From Felis catus (taxonomy: Eukaryota): DNA of 64,000 nt. The translations under genes were made by a program, and so were the position numbers. Shown here in pieces: positions 25,391 to 39,073 of the stretch. Each line of letters begins with the position of its first letter. The stretch's first letter is position 1. The notes beneath the pieces are model-generated. The model worked only from the letters and a program-made list of their open reading frames with translations. It searched no databases and was not told the DNA's origin. The DNA lies in the NCBI RefSeq assembly GCF_018350175.1, contig NC_058368.1:62126001-62190000 (forward strand). Direction: 5' to 3'.

Positions 25391-25949
25391 ACAATCAATT
25401 AAAGTACAAATGTATGTCTCATATTTATCATCTTATACAAATAGACAGATGCCACAGAGCAAATGAGAAGTTACCAATTTACCAAAGTTAACAGAATCAT
25501 AATGTGAATCCCATGATAGAGTCAATTGAGATGTTCCATTGATTACACACACACACACACAGATAGAGAGAGAGAGAGAGAAGCCCAGTTTTATTAAAAT
25601 GACATATTTATTTGGATAAGAAAGTATTGAACATGTTCATTCAAAATATCAGGTACATAGTGGTTTGTTATTTACACTTTTATTTCTAATGAGCTTCTAT
25701 TAGTATTTTATTCTTAATATTTTTGTATTATATGTTGAAATGATTAACAGTGTAGTTAGTGATTATGTTTTTATTCATAGAAAAAGTCAATATTTTCATG
25801 AATGTTTCTAGTTAATGTGGAAGAAAATCATGAAGTGATCAAAATCTAACTCTTGTTTGGAAAACAAAATTTTAATTTAAAAAATTTAATTAGTCGCTTA
25901 AGTATGTAATTTTACCTCTTTTTCCTTTGATAGACACATATACCAAAGA

Positions 25950-26976
25950 CTTATATTAAGGAGAGTTGGGTAAAGGCAGGGAAGAGGCTTTCAGAAGGGG
26001 GTATGGTATTTACTCTTGCACAAGGTACACACAGAAGCCTTTTCAATACATTTTTACTTGATAGAGTCCTGATGAATGTGGGAAAGATTATTCTAGGTAG
26101 AGGGAAGAGCAAATAAAAAAAGGCTGAGGAGGAATTTCCTTAGTGTTTTCTAAGAAGGAGAAACAGACAGTATCCCTGGAAATGAATGAGAACAACCAAG
26201 ATTTCTGGACTGGGCAGCTAGAAGGATTTAGTTGCCATTCACTCAACTGAGAGAAGAATGTAGATGAAGCAAGTTTGGGAGTGGAGGTGAGCATGGTAGG
26301 GATCTGGGCATGTTAAGTTTGAGATATGAGATCTATACTAAAATGAAATTTCAAGCAGAGAGATATATATGTTTGGAGTTCAGAAGGTTAGTCAGACTTG
26401 AAGATATAAATTTGCAAGTTGTTACAGAAACTGGACAAAATTATAAAAGGAGGGCCTATAGAATGAAAACAGGTGAAGGCTAAAGCCTGTGCATTTGGGA
26501 ACTCCCCTAAAAGAGAGTAAGTAGAGGAACCAGCAAAGAGATTGAAAAAAAAAGGGACATCAAGGCCAAAGGGACAAAGTATGCAGTCAAAGAGGAGAGA
26601 GCCATCCATTCTCTTGAATAGTGCTGATACATTGTCAGTAATTGGAATGAGCAATGGGAAAGTAAGTTGAGGTTCAAGTCAGACTGGTGCAGTTCTGAGA
26701 GAAACTGAAAAGTGTTTATAGGCGATTATTGCTGATTGTTTACTGGCAAAGAAATGGGCCAAGTAGCTTGTGAGACCAATGGAATAAATAAAGCTTGCAT
26801 CTGTGTTTCAAAAGGAAGACATGAGGAGCACCTGGGTAGCTCAATCAGTTGCACACCTGACTCCTGATTCTGGCTTAGGTCATGATCCCAGAGTTGAGGG
26901 ATCCAGCATTGGGGGTCCATACTCAGCACGGAGCTTGCTTAGGATTCTCTCTCTTTCTCCCTTTGTCCCACTTCCC

Positions 26977-27014
<38 letters not shown>

Positions 27015-27250
27015 AAATAAAATTAAGAAAGAAAAGAAGAAATTATATTGTGTTGGCATTGACAAGGATATTTCAGGAGCTAGGGATCAGGAGATATTCT
27101 AGAAGGGAAAGGGTGAACAATGGAGTGGTGTCCTTGAGTAGACAAGAAAGGATAGGACCTTGGTCACTGCATGGGTAGAGATTGTTCATTTATGGCTACA
27201 GGGAGAAGAAAGGCATGCGGGTACAGTTGCTGATAGGAAAGTACCATGCG
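25950..27250 (-). mobile_element. L2 LINE remnants, interrupted by a SINE
   Basis: Purine-rich motifs typical of antisense L2: catgttaagtttgagat, ggagttcagaagg, gaagatataaatttg. Confidence 0.65.
26825..27040 (+). mobile_element. Older CanSINE
   Basis: ggagcacctgggtagctcaatcagttg head, (CT)n, aataaa, A-rich tail. Confidence 0.92.
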
Positions 27251-29659
27251 CTATATTAAGGAATGAGAGCAGGACCTTGAGCCTTAGGGCACTAGAAAGC
27301 ATCCTTCTCTGACATGGGGTAGCATTGGCATGTGTGATGTCGGAGTCAAGAGGAGATGGAGTTTGTAAAAATCTTTGTGACTCTTTGGGTAATTTTCTGA
27401 CACCCCCCTCCAGTGTTATTTTAACTTTATAGTTAGGGATTCTTGTTACCAATTATTTTCTTCCTTACAATGCTAATTAATTAATTCAGACACAACACAA
27501 AATATTTAATCTAATGTTACATACTTCTGTGTTTTTCTTACTAACATAGCTAATGTTTATTTGGGACTAAAATATGCTAGACATAGTTGCAAGCACTTTA
27601 CATATTATTATGTATTATATTATTTTTTGAAAACTGATGTGCATTTATTAGCATTCATTTTAGGTTAGGGAATGTAGTGCCTGAGCTTATTTTCTTTTTC
27701 CATTTTGTGTTCTGTCTTTGTATACTGGGATTTGGAGAATTGGAAATCAAAGTCTTAGTAGTCCCTATGTCAATATTTCTCTCCTACCACTCTATATCAA
27801 GCAAAATGTCTACCATCATTCCTCAAAATTTTCAAATCCTGCAAAGATTAGGGGGGAAACGAAAAAGGTTTTGGTTTGTTTTGGTCAGAAGAAGATAGTA
27901 ATTTCGCATTCAAATAAATTGTTAAATACCAGAAATATCTAAGCCATCCCTTTGATTTTAACTGAATGCCATCACTCTGAATCTTATCTTGCCATATGGC
28001 TTCTTTTGGATTGAAAAACATAAAAAAAAACTTTACCTCTTATTATTTTTAATGTACGTTTCTTCTTGCCTCTTTAATTTCATTGTATTTTATTTTTAAA
28101 GATAGTGGTATGCCAAATTTAATAAAAACTGGATTTATAACCAATTTTATAAGAATGTCATTGGATTTAAACAATAATTAGATGAAATATCCCAGTAAGT
28201 AATCGTGAACTAATAAGAGAATAACAGTAGAATAGAATCTTTATATGGCATTCTATTGAGTCCTCTGGACTTTTAGAAATAGCATAGTTCACAGAAATAC
28301 ATTTATATTTCATGTTAAATTCAATGTTTATGCAATTTCAAAAGTAAATAATTTTGTTTGTATAGTATATTGGAATCAACATACAAAACAGGTAATGATA
28401 AATATATTGTTTTAATTTGAGTGTGGTTATTTAAAATTCTATCCAGAAAATATTTATTATAATATTCATAATGTTATTAATGAGAAAATTCTGGACTTTG
28501 ATTTTTTTTTAACCTGGAGAAGGTGAACACTTGTCAGATAAAGTGTAGGCAGATTGTTTTTAATTCTTTTTTTATTTTTTATGTAACATAAGACAAATAG
28601 TAAGACTACTTGGATGACTGATTAGAAATAGATATTATTTCTGTATAATTCTCATTTCTAGAAGTTCAGTTTGGCTAGCATAATCCTGACAAAGACAATA
28701 GAAACTGATAAACACTTAAAACACCTGAAATATCTTGCTTCCATAGAGAAATCCCCCAACAAATAATCATTTAATAAAACTCTCTGATTAGCTACATGGA
28801 TTGTGTTCCAGTCTGGAGTTTGGGGACAAAAGATTGATTAAGAAGTATATACGGAATTAGTTCAAAATAAAAGGGTAGGGGTTGTATAAAAACTAATTAG
28901 TTTCTAAATCTGGTTAGGGTTAACAGTGATTGATCTTTTACATCCTAACAGAGAACAAAGGAATAAGGGAATTCGAGAAGAGAAACCTGAACCTACAGCA
29001 AAAGAGGAAAGAAAACAATAGCAAAATACACCAATGATGAAATTCAAGACTGCTTTTACATCTATTTGAGTGCGTGCATGCGTGAATGTGTGTGTGTGTG
29101 TGTGTGTATGTGCATGTGTGTTAGGGGGAGGGGTGCATCCGCTATGAAATGTATCTTAGATCATTCAGAAATCAATGCTGGCCAGTAAGTATTGGAAATG
29201 GGTACTTCAGTGATGTATGTGTATCTATGTGTCTGGGTTTTGGGAAGGGTGTTATCTGCAATGAAAGGCATTCTATAAGGAGCTGAGAACACAATGCAAT
29301 GCTAGTGGGTTTTGAGAGGGGACTGCTTTGATGCTCAATGAATCATGCAAGGGAAGTGGAGGGAACAAAGAGGAGGCGATGAAAGTTTCTGGATATGAAT
29401 CGTGAAGTTTTTATTATGGTGACAGTTATTTGTATACGTGGAAAATGCAAAACTTTACTTTCCTGTTATAAACACAACTTGAACTTTAGGCCTCCAATAC
29501 AAGTACCTGATGTTTTGTAGTTCTGGAAAGCAATGTATATCGTTAGTCTCTATAAATAACTATAATTATTAAATTAAAATGCCTTTGCATACTACATAAA
29601 GAAAAGGATGAGGGTGATTTTTTGATCTATGTCGTTATTTCACCCTAAAGAGGCTGCAA

Positions 29660-29900
29660 AGTGGAGTGGGTGAGAGGTGGGATCTCTAACCAGGCTGCTG
29701 CAATTCTACTCCCAGCTGTGAAACTTACTGGTCATGCTACCAGACACAGAGCCCTTAGTCTTCTTTTGCTTCTAAGACTTGATCAGTAAAATGGGTACAT
29801 AAACAATATCAATTTCACAGAGACGGTGTTAAATTTTAATATACAAATACTTGTAAAGTGCATAAAAAGTTCCTGACATTAAAGAATCCAATAAATGTCC
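29660..29900 (+). mobile_element. MIR remnant
   Basis: atcagtaaaatgggtacataaacaata...ttgtaaagtgcat...aataaatgt. Confidence 0.5.
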
Positions 29901-30243
29901 AATCTCATAAATGCTGGTGAATGGAAATGTGATTTTGATGTGAAAGATAGAAAAGGACATTTATAAAGTGTCTGTGTCATAATTTAAGCTAAAGATTGGG
30001 GAAATTTGCTACTTATGACAATCTTTCAAGTGTCAAAATATGACAAGATTTTTCATTTAAATACCATTTCCATTTTCTGTACAAAGTGTCATGGTTTTTA
30101 ATGTAATGAATGGTGTGGAAAATTTTACCTGGCACAAAAATTGCCAATGGGGATTGTTTATCCCTAAAGAAAATTTGTTTTAGATGGTGAGCACGATGCA
30201 GGTTAGGTTATCTAAAGCAAAGTAGAATAACCTCAAGAGCTTT

Positions 30244-31169
30244 CAGGAAGATGGCGGCATAGGAGGACGCTTGGCTCACTGCGTCCTGCTGATCACTTAG
30301 ATTCCACCCACACTTGCCTAAATAACCCAGAAAAACACCAGAAGACTAGCAGAATGGGTTCTCCTGGGCCAAGTGTGGACAAGAGGCCCACGGAAGAGGG
30401 TAGGAAGGGTGGAGAGACTGTGCGCTCTACATTCACTGGCGGGAGGGAGTCAGGGCAGAGGGGCAGCCTGCCAGCAAAGCAGAGCCCCCGAGTCTGGCTG
30501 GCAAAAGCGGAGGGGCCAAACGGAGTGTGTTCAGACAGCAAGCGGGACTTAACATCTGGAAGGTTATAAGGTAACAGCTCTGCTCTGAGAGCGGGAAGGC
30601 TGGAGGACAATGGGAGGGAGAGTTGTTGAGCCCCTGATGACAGATCACAGCTTGGCGAGGAACAAAGGCACTCACCAGCGCCATCTCCCTCATCTCCCTC
30701 GCCCATCCCCCAGCCAAAATCCCAAAGGGAACCAGTTCCTGCCAGGGAACTTGCTTGCACCATGCAAACACTCAACACTGTGCTTCTGAGGATCCACCCC
30801 TCTGGCAGCAGGTCTGACTCCCTCCCACTGCCTCAGGGTCCCTCCCAAAGTGGACCTCCAAAGGAAGAGTGAGCTAGGCCTGCCCCTCCCTCCCCTGCAC
30901 CTTGCCAATCCACCCCAGCTAATATGCCAGATCCCCAGCACCACAAGCCTGGAAGTGTGCAAGTAGCCCGGGGGTGCCACACCACTCCACAGTGAATCCC
31001 GCCCCTAGGAGAGGGGAAGAGAAGGCACACACCAGTCTGACTGTGGCCCCAGCGGTGGGCTGGGGGCAGACATCAGGTCTGACTGCGGCCCCGCCCACCA
31101 ATTCCACTTATACACCACAACACAGGGGAAGTGCCCTGCAGGTCCTCACCAAGCCAGGGACTATCCAAA
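30244..31169 (+). promoter_or_regulatory. L1 5'UTR internal Pol II promoter
   Basis: AAGATGGCGG YY1 motif at the 5' end; highest GC/CpG stretch of the window; lies directly upstream of ORF1. Confidence 0.75.
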
Positions 31170-32062
31170 ATGACCAAGCGGAAGAATTCCCCTCAAAAGA
31201 ATCTCCAGGAAATAATGACAGCTAACGAACTGACCAAAAAGGATTTAAACAATATAACAGAGAGTGAATTTAGAATAACAGTCATAAAATTAATTGCTGG
31301 GCTTGAAAACAGTATAAAGGACAGCAGAGAATCTATTGCTACAGAGATCAAGGGACTAAGGAATAGTCAGGAGGAGCTAAAAAATGCTATCAATGAGCTG
31401 CAAAATTAAATGGAGACAACCACAGCTTGGATTGAAGAAGCAGAGGAGAGAATAGGTGAACTGGAAGATAAAATTATGGAAAAAGAGGAAGCTGAGAAAA
31501 AGAGAGATAAAAAAATCCAGGAATATGAAGGGAAAATTAGAGAACTAAGTGATGCACTAAAAAGAAATAATCTACGCATAATTGGTATTCAGAGGAGGAA
31601 GAGAGAGGGAAAGGTGCTGAAGGGGTACTTGAAGAAATAATAGCTGAGAACTTCCCTGATCTGGGGAAGGAAAAAGGCATTGAAAGCCAAGAGGCACAGA
31701 GAACTCCCTTCAGACGTAACTTGAATCGATCTTCTGCATGACATATCATAGTGAAACTGGCAAACAACAAGGATAAAGAGAAAATTCTGAAAGCAGCTAG
31801 GGATAAACGTGCTCTAACATATAAAGGGAGACTGATAAGACTCATGATGGATCTCTCTACTGAAACTTGGCAGGCCAGAAAGGAATGGCAGGACATCTTC
31901 AATGTGATGAACAGAAAAAAATATGCGGCTGAGAATCCTTTATCCAGCAAGTCTGTCATTTAGAATAGAAGGAGATATAAAGGTCTTCCCAAACAAACAA
32001 AAATGAAGGAATTCATCACCACTAAACCAGCCCTACAAGAGATCCTAAGGGGGATCCTGTGA
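31170..32062 (+). pseudogene. L1 ORF1p (RNA-binding/coiled-coil protein), disrupted
   Basis: MTKRKNSPQK..., RNNLRIIGI, KEKILKAAR, DLSTETWQARKEW motifs split by stops and frameshifts; TGA at 32060-32062. Confidence 0.93.
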
Positions 32063-32112
32063 GACAAAGTACCAGAGACATCGCTACAAGCATGAAACCA
32101 ACAGACATAACA

Positions 32113-35100
32113 ATGACTCTAAACTCACATCTTTCTATAATAACGCTGAATGTAAATTGACTTATATCAGACAAACTAGACTTTAAATTAAAGGCTGTAA
32201 CAAGAGATGAAGAAGGGCATTATATAATAATTACAGGGTCTATCCATTAGGAAGAGCTAACAATTATAAATGTCTATGCACCGAATACGGAAGCCCCCAA
32301 ATATATAAAACAATTATTCACAAACATAAGCAACCTTATTGATAAGAATGTGGTAATTGCAGGGGAATTTAACACTCTCCTTACAGAAATGGATAGATCA
32401 TCTAGACACACGGTCAATAAAGCAAAAAGGGCTCTGAACGATACGTTGGATCAGATGGACTTGACAGATACATTTAGAACTCTGCATCCCAAAGCAACAG
32501 AATATACTTTCTTCTCCAGTGCACATGCAACATTCTCCAAGATAGATCACATGCTGGGTCACAAAACAGCCCTTCATAAGTATACAAGAAATGATATCAT
32601 ACCATGCATACTTTCAGACCACAATGCTAGGAAGCTTGAAATCAACCACAGGATAAAGTCTGGAAAACCTCCAAAAGCATGGAGGTTAAAGAACACCCTA
32701 CTGAAGAATGAATGGGCCAACCAGGCAATTAGAGAAGAAATTAAAAAATATATGGAAATAAACTAAAATGAAAATACAACAATCCAAACGCTTTGGGACG
32801 CAGCGAAGGCAGTCCTGAGAGGAAAATACATTGCAATCTAGGCCTATCTCAAGAAAAAAGAAAAATCCCAAATACAAAATCTAACAGCACACCTAAAGGA
32901 ACTAGAAGCAGAACAGCAAAGACACCCTAAACCCAACAGCAGAAGAGAAATAATAAAGATTAGAGCAGAAATAAACAATATAGAATCTAAAAAAACTGCA
33001 GAGCAGATCAATGAAACCAAGAGTTGATTTTTTGAAAAAAATAAACAAAATTGATAAACCTCTAGCCAGGCTTCTCAAAAAGAAAAGGGAAATGACCCAA
33101 ATAGATAAAATCATGAATTAAAATGGAATTATTACAACCAATCCCTCAGAGATACAAGGAATTATCAGGGAATACTATGAAAAATTATATGCCAACAAAC
33201 TGGACAACCTGGAAGAAATGGACAAATTCCTAAACACCCACACGTTTCCAAAACTCAATCAGGAGGAAATAGAAAGCTTGAGCAGACCCATAACCAGCGA
33301 AGAAATTGAATCGGTTATCAAAAATCTCCCAACAAATAAGAGTCTAGGACCAGATGGCTTCCCAGGGGAGTTCTACAGACGTTTAAAGCAGAGATAATAC
33401 CTATCCTTCTCAAGCTATTCCAAGAAATAGAAAGGGAAGGAAAACTTCCAGACTCATTCTATGAAGCCAGTGTTACTTTGACTCCTAAACCAGACAGAGA
33501 CCCAGTAAAAAAAGAGAACTACAGGCCAATATCCCTGATGAATATGGATGCAAAACTTCTCAATAAGATACTAGCAAATCGAGTTCAACAACATATAAAA
33601 AGAATTATTCACCATGATCAAGTGGGATTCACTCCTGGGATGCAGGTCTGGTTCAACATTTGTAAATCAATCAACGTGATACATCACATTAATAAAAGAA
33701 AAGATAAGAACCATATGATCCTGTCAATTGATGCAGAAAAAGCATTTGACAAAACTCAGCATCCTTTCTTAATAAAAACCCTCGAGAAAGTCGGGATAGA
33801 ACGAACATACTGAAACATCATAAAAGCCATTTATGAAAAGCCCACAGCTAACATCATCCTCAATGGGGAAAAACTGAGAGCTTTTTCCCTGAGATCAGGA
33901 ACACGACAGGGATGTCCACTCTCACCGTTGTTGTTTAACATAGTGCTGGAAGTTCTAGCATCAGGAATCAGACAACAGAAGGAAATCAAAGGCATCAAAA
34001 TTGGCAAAGATGAAGTCAAGCTTTCACTTTTTGCAGATGACATGATACTATACATGGAAAATCCGATGGTCTCCACCAAAACTCTGCTAGAACTGATACA
34101 TGAATTCAGCAAAGTTGCAGGATACAAAATCAATGTACATAAATCAGTTGCATTCTTATACACTAACAATGAAGCAACAGAAAGACAAATAAAGAAACTG
34201 ATCCCATTCACAATTGCACCAAGAAGCATAAAATACCTAGGAATAAATCTAACCAGAGATGTAAAAGATGTGCATGCTGAAAACTATAGAAAACTGATGA
34301 AGGTAACTGAAGAAGATATAAAGAAATGGAAAGACATTCCCTGCTCATGGATTGGAAGAATAAATATTGTCAAAATGTCAATACTACCCAAAGCTATCTA
34401 CACATTCAATGCAATCCCAATCAAAATTGCACCAGCATTCTTCTCGAAACTAGAACAAGCAATCCTAAAATTCATATGGAACCACAAAAGGCCCCGAATA
34501 GCCAAAGTAATTTTGAAGAAGACCAAAGCGGGAGGCATCACAATCCCAGACTTTAGCCTCTACTACAAAGCTGTCATCATCAAGACAGCATGGTATTGGC
34601 ACAAAAACAGACACATAGACCAATGGAATAGAATAGAAACCCCAGAACTAGACTCACAAAAGTATGGCCAACTAATCTTTGACAAAGCAGGAAAGAATAT
34701 CCAATGGAAAAAAGACAGTCTCTTTAACAAGTGGTGCTGGGAGAACTCACAGCAACATGTAGAAGGTTGAAACTAGACCACTTTCTCACACTATTCACAA
34801 AAATAAACTCAAAATGGATAAAGGAACTGAATGTGAAGCAGGAAACCATCAAAACCTGAGAGGAGAAAGCAGGAAAAGACCTCTCTGGCCTCAGCCACAG
34901 CAATTTCTTACTTGACACATCCCCAAAGGCAAGGGAATTAAAAGCAAAAATGAACTACTGGGACCTTATGAAGATCAAAAGCTTCTGCACAGCAAAGGAA
35001 ACAATCAACAAAACTAAAAGGCAACCAACGGAATGGGAAAAGATATTTGCAAATGACATATTGGACAAAGGGCTAGTATCCAAAATCTATAAAGAGCTCA

Positions 35101-35754
35101 CCAAACTCCACACCCGAAAAACAAATAATCCAGTGAAGAAATGGGCAGAAGACATGAATAGACACTTCTCTAAAGAAGACATCCAGATGACCAACAGGCA
35201 CATGAAAAGATGCTCAACGTCGCTCCTCATCAGGGAAATACAAATCAAAACCACACTCAGATATCACCTCACGCCAGTCAGAGTGGCCAAAATGAACAAA
35301 TCAGGAGACTATAGATGCTGGAGAGGATGTGGAGAAACGGGAACCCTCTAGCACTGTTGGTGGGGATGCAAATTGGTGCAGCCACTCTGGAAAACAGTGT
35401 GGAGGTTCCTCAAAAAATTAAAAATAGACCTACCCTTGACCCAGCAATAGCACTGCTAGGAATTTACCCAAGGGATACAGGAGTACGGATGCATAGGGGC
35501 ACTTGTACCCCAATGTTTATAGCAGCACTCTCAACAATAGCCAAATTATGGAAAGAGCCTAAATGTCCATCAACTGATGAATGGATAAAGAAATTGTGGT
35601 TTATATACACAATGGAATACTACGTGGCAATAAGAAAGAATGATATATGGCCCTTTTTAGGGAACAAAGGTAACTGGAGAGTGTGATGCTAAGTGAAATA
35701 AGCCATACAGAGAAAGACAGATACCATATGTTTTCACTCTTATGTGGATCCTGA
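32113..35754 (+). pseudogene. L1 ORF2p (endonuclease/reverse transcriptase), disrupted
   Basis: EN motifs SKIDH and SDHN, RT motifs NYRPISL, DAEKAFD and FADD, C-terminal CWRGCGE; many stops and frameshifts plus an N-terminal deletion. Confidence 0.96.
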
Positions 35755-36443
35755 GAAACTTAACAGAAACTCATGGGCGAGGGGAAGGAAACAAAAAAGA
35801 GGTTAGGGTGGAAGAGAGCCAAAGCATAAGAGACTCTTAAAAACTGAGAACAAACTGAGGGTTGATGGGGGGTGGGAGGGAGGGGAGGGTGGGTGATGGG
35901 TATTGAGGAGGGCATCTTTTGGGATGAGCACTGGGTGTTGTATGGAAACCAATTTGACAATAAACTTCATATATTGAAAAAAAAATTATGTATTGGGATT
36001 TCATATAGAACTTGTGATTTCAGTTTTTATTATTTTAGCATTATGGTGAGATTTAATAATAAATATTTAAAATTGTTTAATAATTATTTCATAAAAGGTA
36101 AAAGTGGAATATAATAGTAAAAGAAAAGATATAATATATTTTTTAGGAATAGTAAGTTGCTTCTCTGTGGCAAGATGAGAAAACTGGCCCAGAAGAAGAA
36201 ATAAACTATATGTCAGGTTGTTTATATTTATTATATTGTGGTTACCATTGGTATTTAAGTAAATATAAGATAAAAAGCAATTAACATTAGAAGTCAGAAT
36301 GAGATTTATATATTTCAAGTATATTGAGAAAATAAAGGTAAAAAATGTGGTCCCTGTAATATAAATAAAAGAAGTGGCTGAAGGGACCAATTTCCAGACT
36401 CTTGGTAGAACTTTAAACTGCGATGTGTTTACTAACATATATT

Positions 36444-36631
36444 ATTTTTTTTTTTTTTTTAGATAAAAGAGTGTGTGGAGAGGACAGAGGGAGGGGAAGA
36501 GAGAGAATGCCATGCAGGATCCTCACAATCGACACGGAGACCAATGTGAGGCTCAATCCGACCAGCTGTGAGATCATGACCTGAGCTGAAACCAAGTCGG
36601 AGGCCTAGCTAATTGAGCCACTGAGGTTCCC
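36444..36631 (-). mobile_element. CanSINE
   Basis: Poly(T), purine tract, gagatcatgacctgagctgaaacc, gagccactgaggttccc. Confidence 0.9.
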
Positions 36632-36788
36632 AACATACTTTAAAATTTTTAGGAGGCTTTCCACTTTTCTATTAAAAAATTATAGTTTTAGGAATTTATT
36701 TTTAAGCATACTATTGAAGCATGATTTCTTAAAGGTATAATTTTTCTACTTTTATCTGTAATAATGATCATTTAAAAAACAAAGACCT

Positions 36789-36991
36789 GGGGCGTCTGGG
36801 TGGCTCAGTCAGTTTAGCGTCCAGCTTTGGCTCAGGTAACGATCTCACAGTTCATGAGTTCCAGTCCCACATTGTCAGTTCTCAGCACAGAGCCCACTTC
36901 AGATGCTCTGTCCCCCTCTCTTCTTGCCCCTCTCCACTTTGTGTTCTCTCTCACTCTGAAAAATAAACATTAAAAAATAAAGAAATAATAA
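36789..36991 (+). mobile_element. CanSINE
   Basis: ggggcgtctgggtggctcagtc head; TSD taaaaaacaaagacct at 36773-36788 and 36992-37007. Confidence 0.95.
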
Positions 36992-37607
36992 TAAAAAACA
37001 AAGACCTAATATATTATAAAATACTAATACAATGAGCTAATATAACACTTTTACAAATTAAGTAGTAAAGAATCTCTCAAATTTCTAATGCAGTATATTA
37101 AGTAAAAAAAATCTTCAGATTCTAAAAGATTATTACAGAATAGTCTATTCTTTCACAGTAATGAAAAAATAACTTAAGAGAGATACTCTTTTATTTAGGC
37201 TTACTAGGAGGTTAATCTTTTTTGTACTTTCTAAATTTCTAGGGAACATATAATATCTTTATGTTTAAAATACATTGCCATCAAAAAGTAAGTTATATAC
37301 CAAACATTTATGTTGATCTCAAATCAATAAAACCATCAAATCAAAAGCAAGCTCAGAAAGCCTTTGAGAAAATAGATTTTCCCATTACAAGTCAACATTT
37401 AGAAATCATAAAGACTATACTACAAAGAAAATTTTAACATACACACAAGTTAACTGGAAAAACTTGTTATATATATATGCAAGGAAATGTCATTTATTTT
37501 TTTATATGAGAAAAAAATTTAATTTACCAAAAACCTACCAACAATATCTCCTGTCTTCTGGTAGAGATGGGCAAGAACAGGAGTACATAGTTAACAGAAG
37601 TAGTAGA

Positions 37608-37786
37608 GGGGCACCTGGGTGTCTCAGTTGGTAGAGCATCCAACTTTGGCTTAGGTCATGATCTCATGGTTTGTGAGTTCAAGCCCCACATCGGGCTCTG
37701 TGCTGTCATCAGAGAGCCTGCTTCAGATCCTTTATCCACCCCCCCTCATTCTCAAAAATAAGTAAGCATTAAAAAAATTAAAAAAA
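37608..37786 (+). mobile_element. CanSINE with shortened CT tract
   Basis: ggggcacctgggtgtctcagttgg head; degenerate TSD aagta(g/c)taga. Confidence 0.92.
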
Positions 37787-38421
37787 TACAAGTACTAGAA
37801 ACAATAAGGTACTGTATTTACCTTAAACCTATTTTCAATATTCAAAAGAGAATTTGAAATTAAGATAACGAAATAAAAATTTTTAATGCCATTTAAATAT
37901 TTCAAAATAATTTTGACATTTTCATATTTATATAAACATTAAATATAATTTGAATTTATTAATAGTTTATGTGTATCAGAGAATTAAAGAAATATAGAAA
38001 ATATAGTAACTTATTTCTCTTTTTATATTTCGATGTTGTTTAAGTTAGCTACAATAGTATACTTTATAATCAGAAAACTAGGGTCATAAAAGAATATATA
38101 TAATATTAAACAAAATATTTATTCATTTTGAAAGAGTTATTCAAGATAATTTCACATATTCTGGCTATTCCTGAGTCTAATTCTAGCCTAGAAATAACTG
38201 ATACCTATATTTTGCTTTTGACAGACTAATTGTAAAATACCACAATACACACTAGCGGTTTTCACTTTGTGTCTTGTAAAATTGTGGTGTATCTCCTTTT
38301 TTCTGTTTTTTTTTTTATTTTTTTTATTATTGAGGCATTAAAACATCACATTTTCATTTATGACATTAATATATATTAAAACTACATTGTATTTAATTAC
38401 TTTTTGAGTTATTAACTCCTG

Positions 38422-38768
38422 CCGTATGATATTTCTCAACTCTGGCTACTATAATAAAATGCGGCATAATGGATGGCTTAAACGGGAATTTATTTCTCAC
38501 AGTTCTGCAGACTTCCAGGAAGTCCAAGACCAAAGTGCTAGCCAATTTGCCTCCTCCCGTGAGGGACTTATTCCTGACTTGTAGACAGCTGCCTTCTTGC
38601 TGCAACTTTACGTGTTAGGAAGAGAACACACTGTGTCCCCTCTTTCTCCCTTTATCAGGACACTGCTTCCATCATGGGGGCCTCGCCCTACTTTCAAACA
38701 CCATCACCTTGTGGGCTTTAATATACGAATGTGGGGGGGGGAGGGGACACAAACATTCAGATATGACA
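38422..38768 (-). mobile_element. MaLR solo LTR (MLT1A-like)
   Basis: atttatttctcacagttctg...aagtccaagacc...ggggacacaaacattcag. Confidence 0.85.
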
Positions 38769-38986
38769 TATGTAATCATTTCCCATAAGTCTTTATGTAA
38801 TCTAGGCTTTTGCATACTGCTAGTTACTTTACTTGCTTTCAGTGATTAAATTCATTTACACAAATTTATTTATGAATTTGCTAAATATTGACCTACAACT
38901 ACAAGGTACCTTAACCTAATTGTGCTTTTTGAAATGATCTCAACTGATGAGAAAAAAAATATGGGAAACTCTTCAAAGACAAATAA

Positions 38987-39073
38987 TTATCTTTGTAATT
39001 TCATTTATTGTCTCATAAATAAAACACAAAGAGTTATCTTTGTAATTTCATTTACTGTCTCATAAATAAAACA
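38987..39073. repeat. Tandem duplication, two 40-nt copies, period 47
   Basis: ttatctttgtaatttcattta(t/c)tgtctcataaataaaaca at 38987-39026 and 39034-39073. Confidence 0.95.

Larger units (their letters stand above)
30244..35985 (+). mobile_element. Near full-length feline LINE-1 (L1_Fc-type), inactive
   Basis: 5' caggaagatggcggc (YY1-type motif), ~0.9-kb GC-rich 5'UTR, ORF1, ORF2, G-rich 3'UTR, AATAAA at 35959-35964 and short A tail. Confidence 0.97.

Noticed and set aside
30293..30778. 161-aa antisense ORF in the L1 5'UTR (ORF0-like)
   Set aside because: GC-rich sequence gives long ORFs by chance, the start is not ATG, and ORF0 is described for primate L1; it would need conservation across L1_Fc copies
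33928..34770. 280-aa reverse-transcriptase ORF as a novel RT system
   Set aside because: Ordinary fragment of L1 ORF2 in a disrupted LINE-1
38987..39073. CRISPR-like repeat-spacer-repeat
   Set aside because: Only two copies with a 7-nt spacer in mammalian DNA, no cas genes
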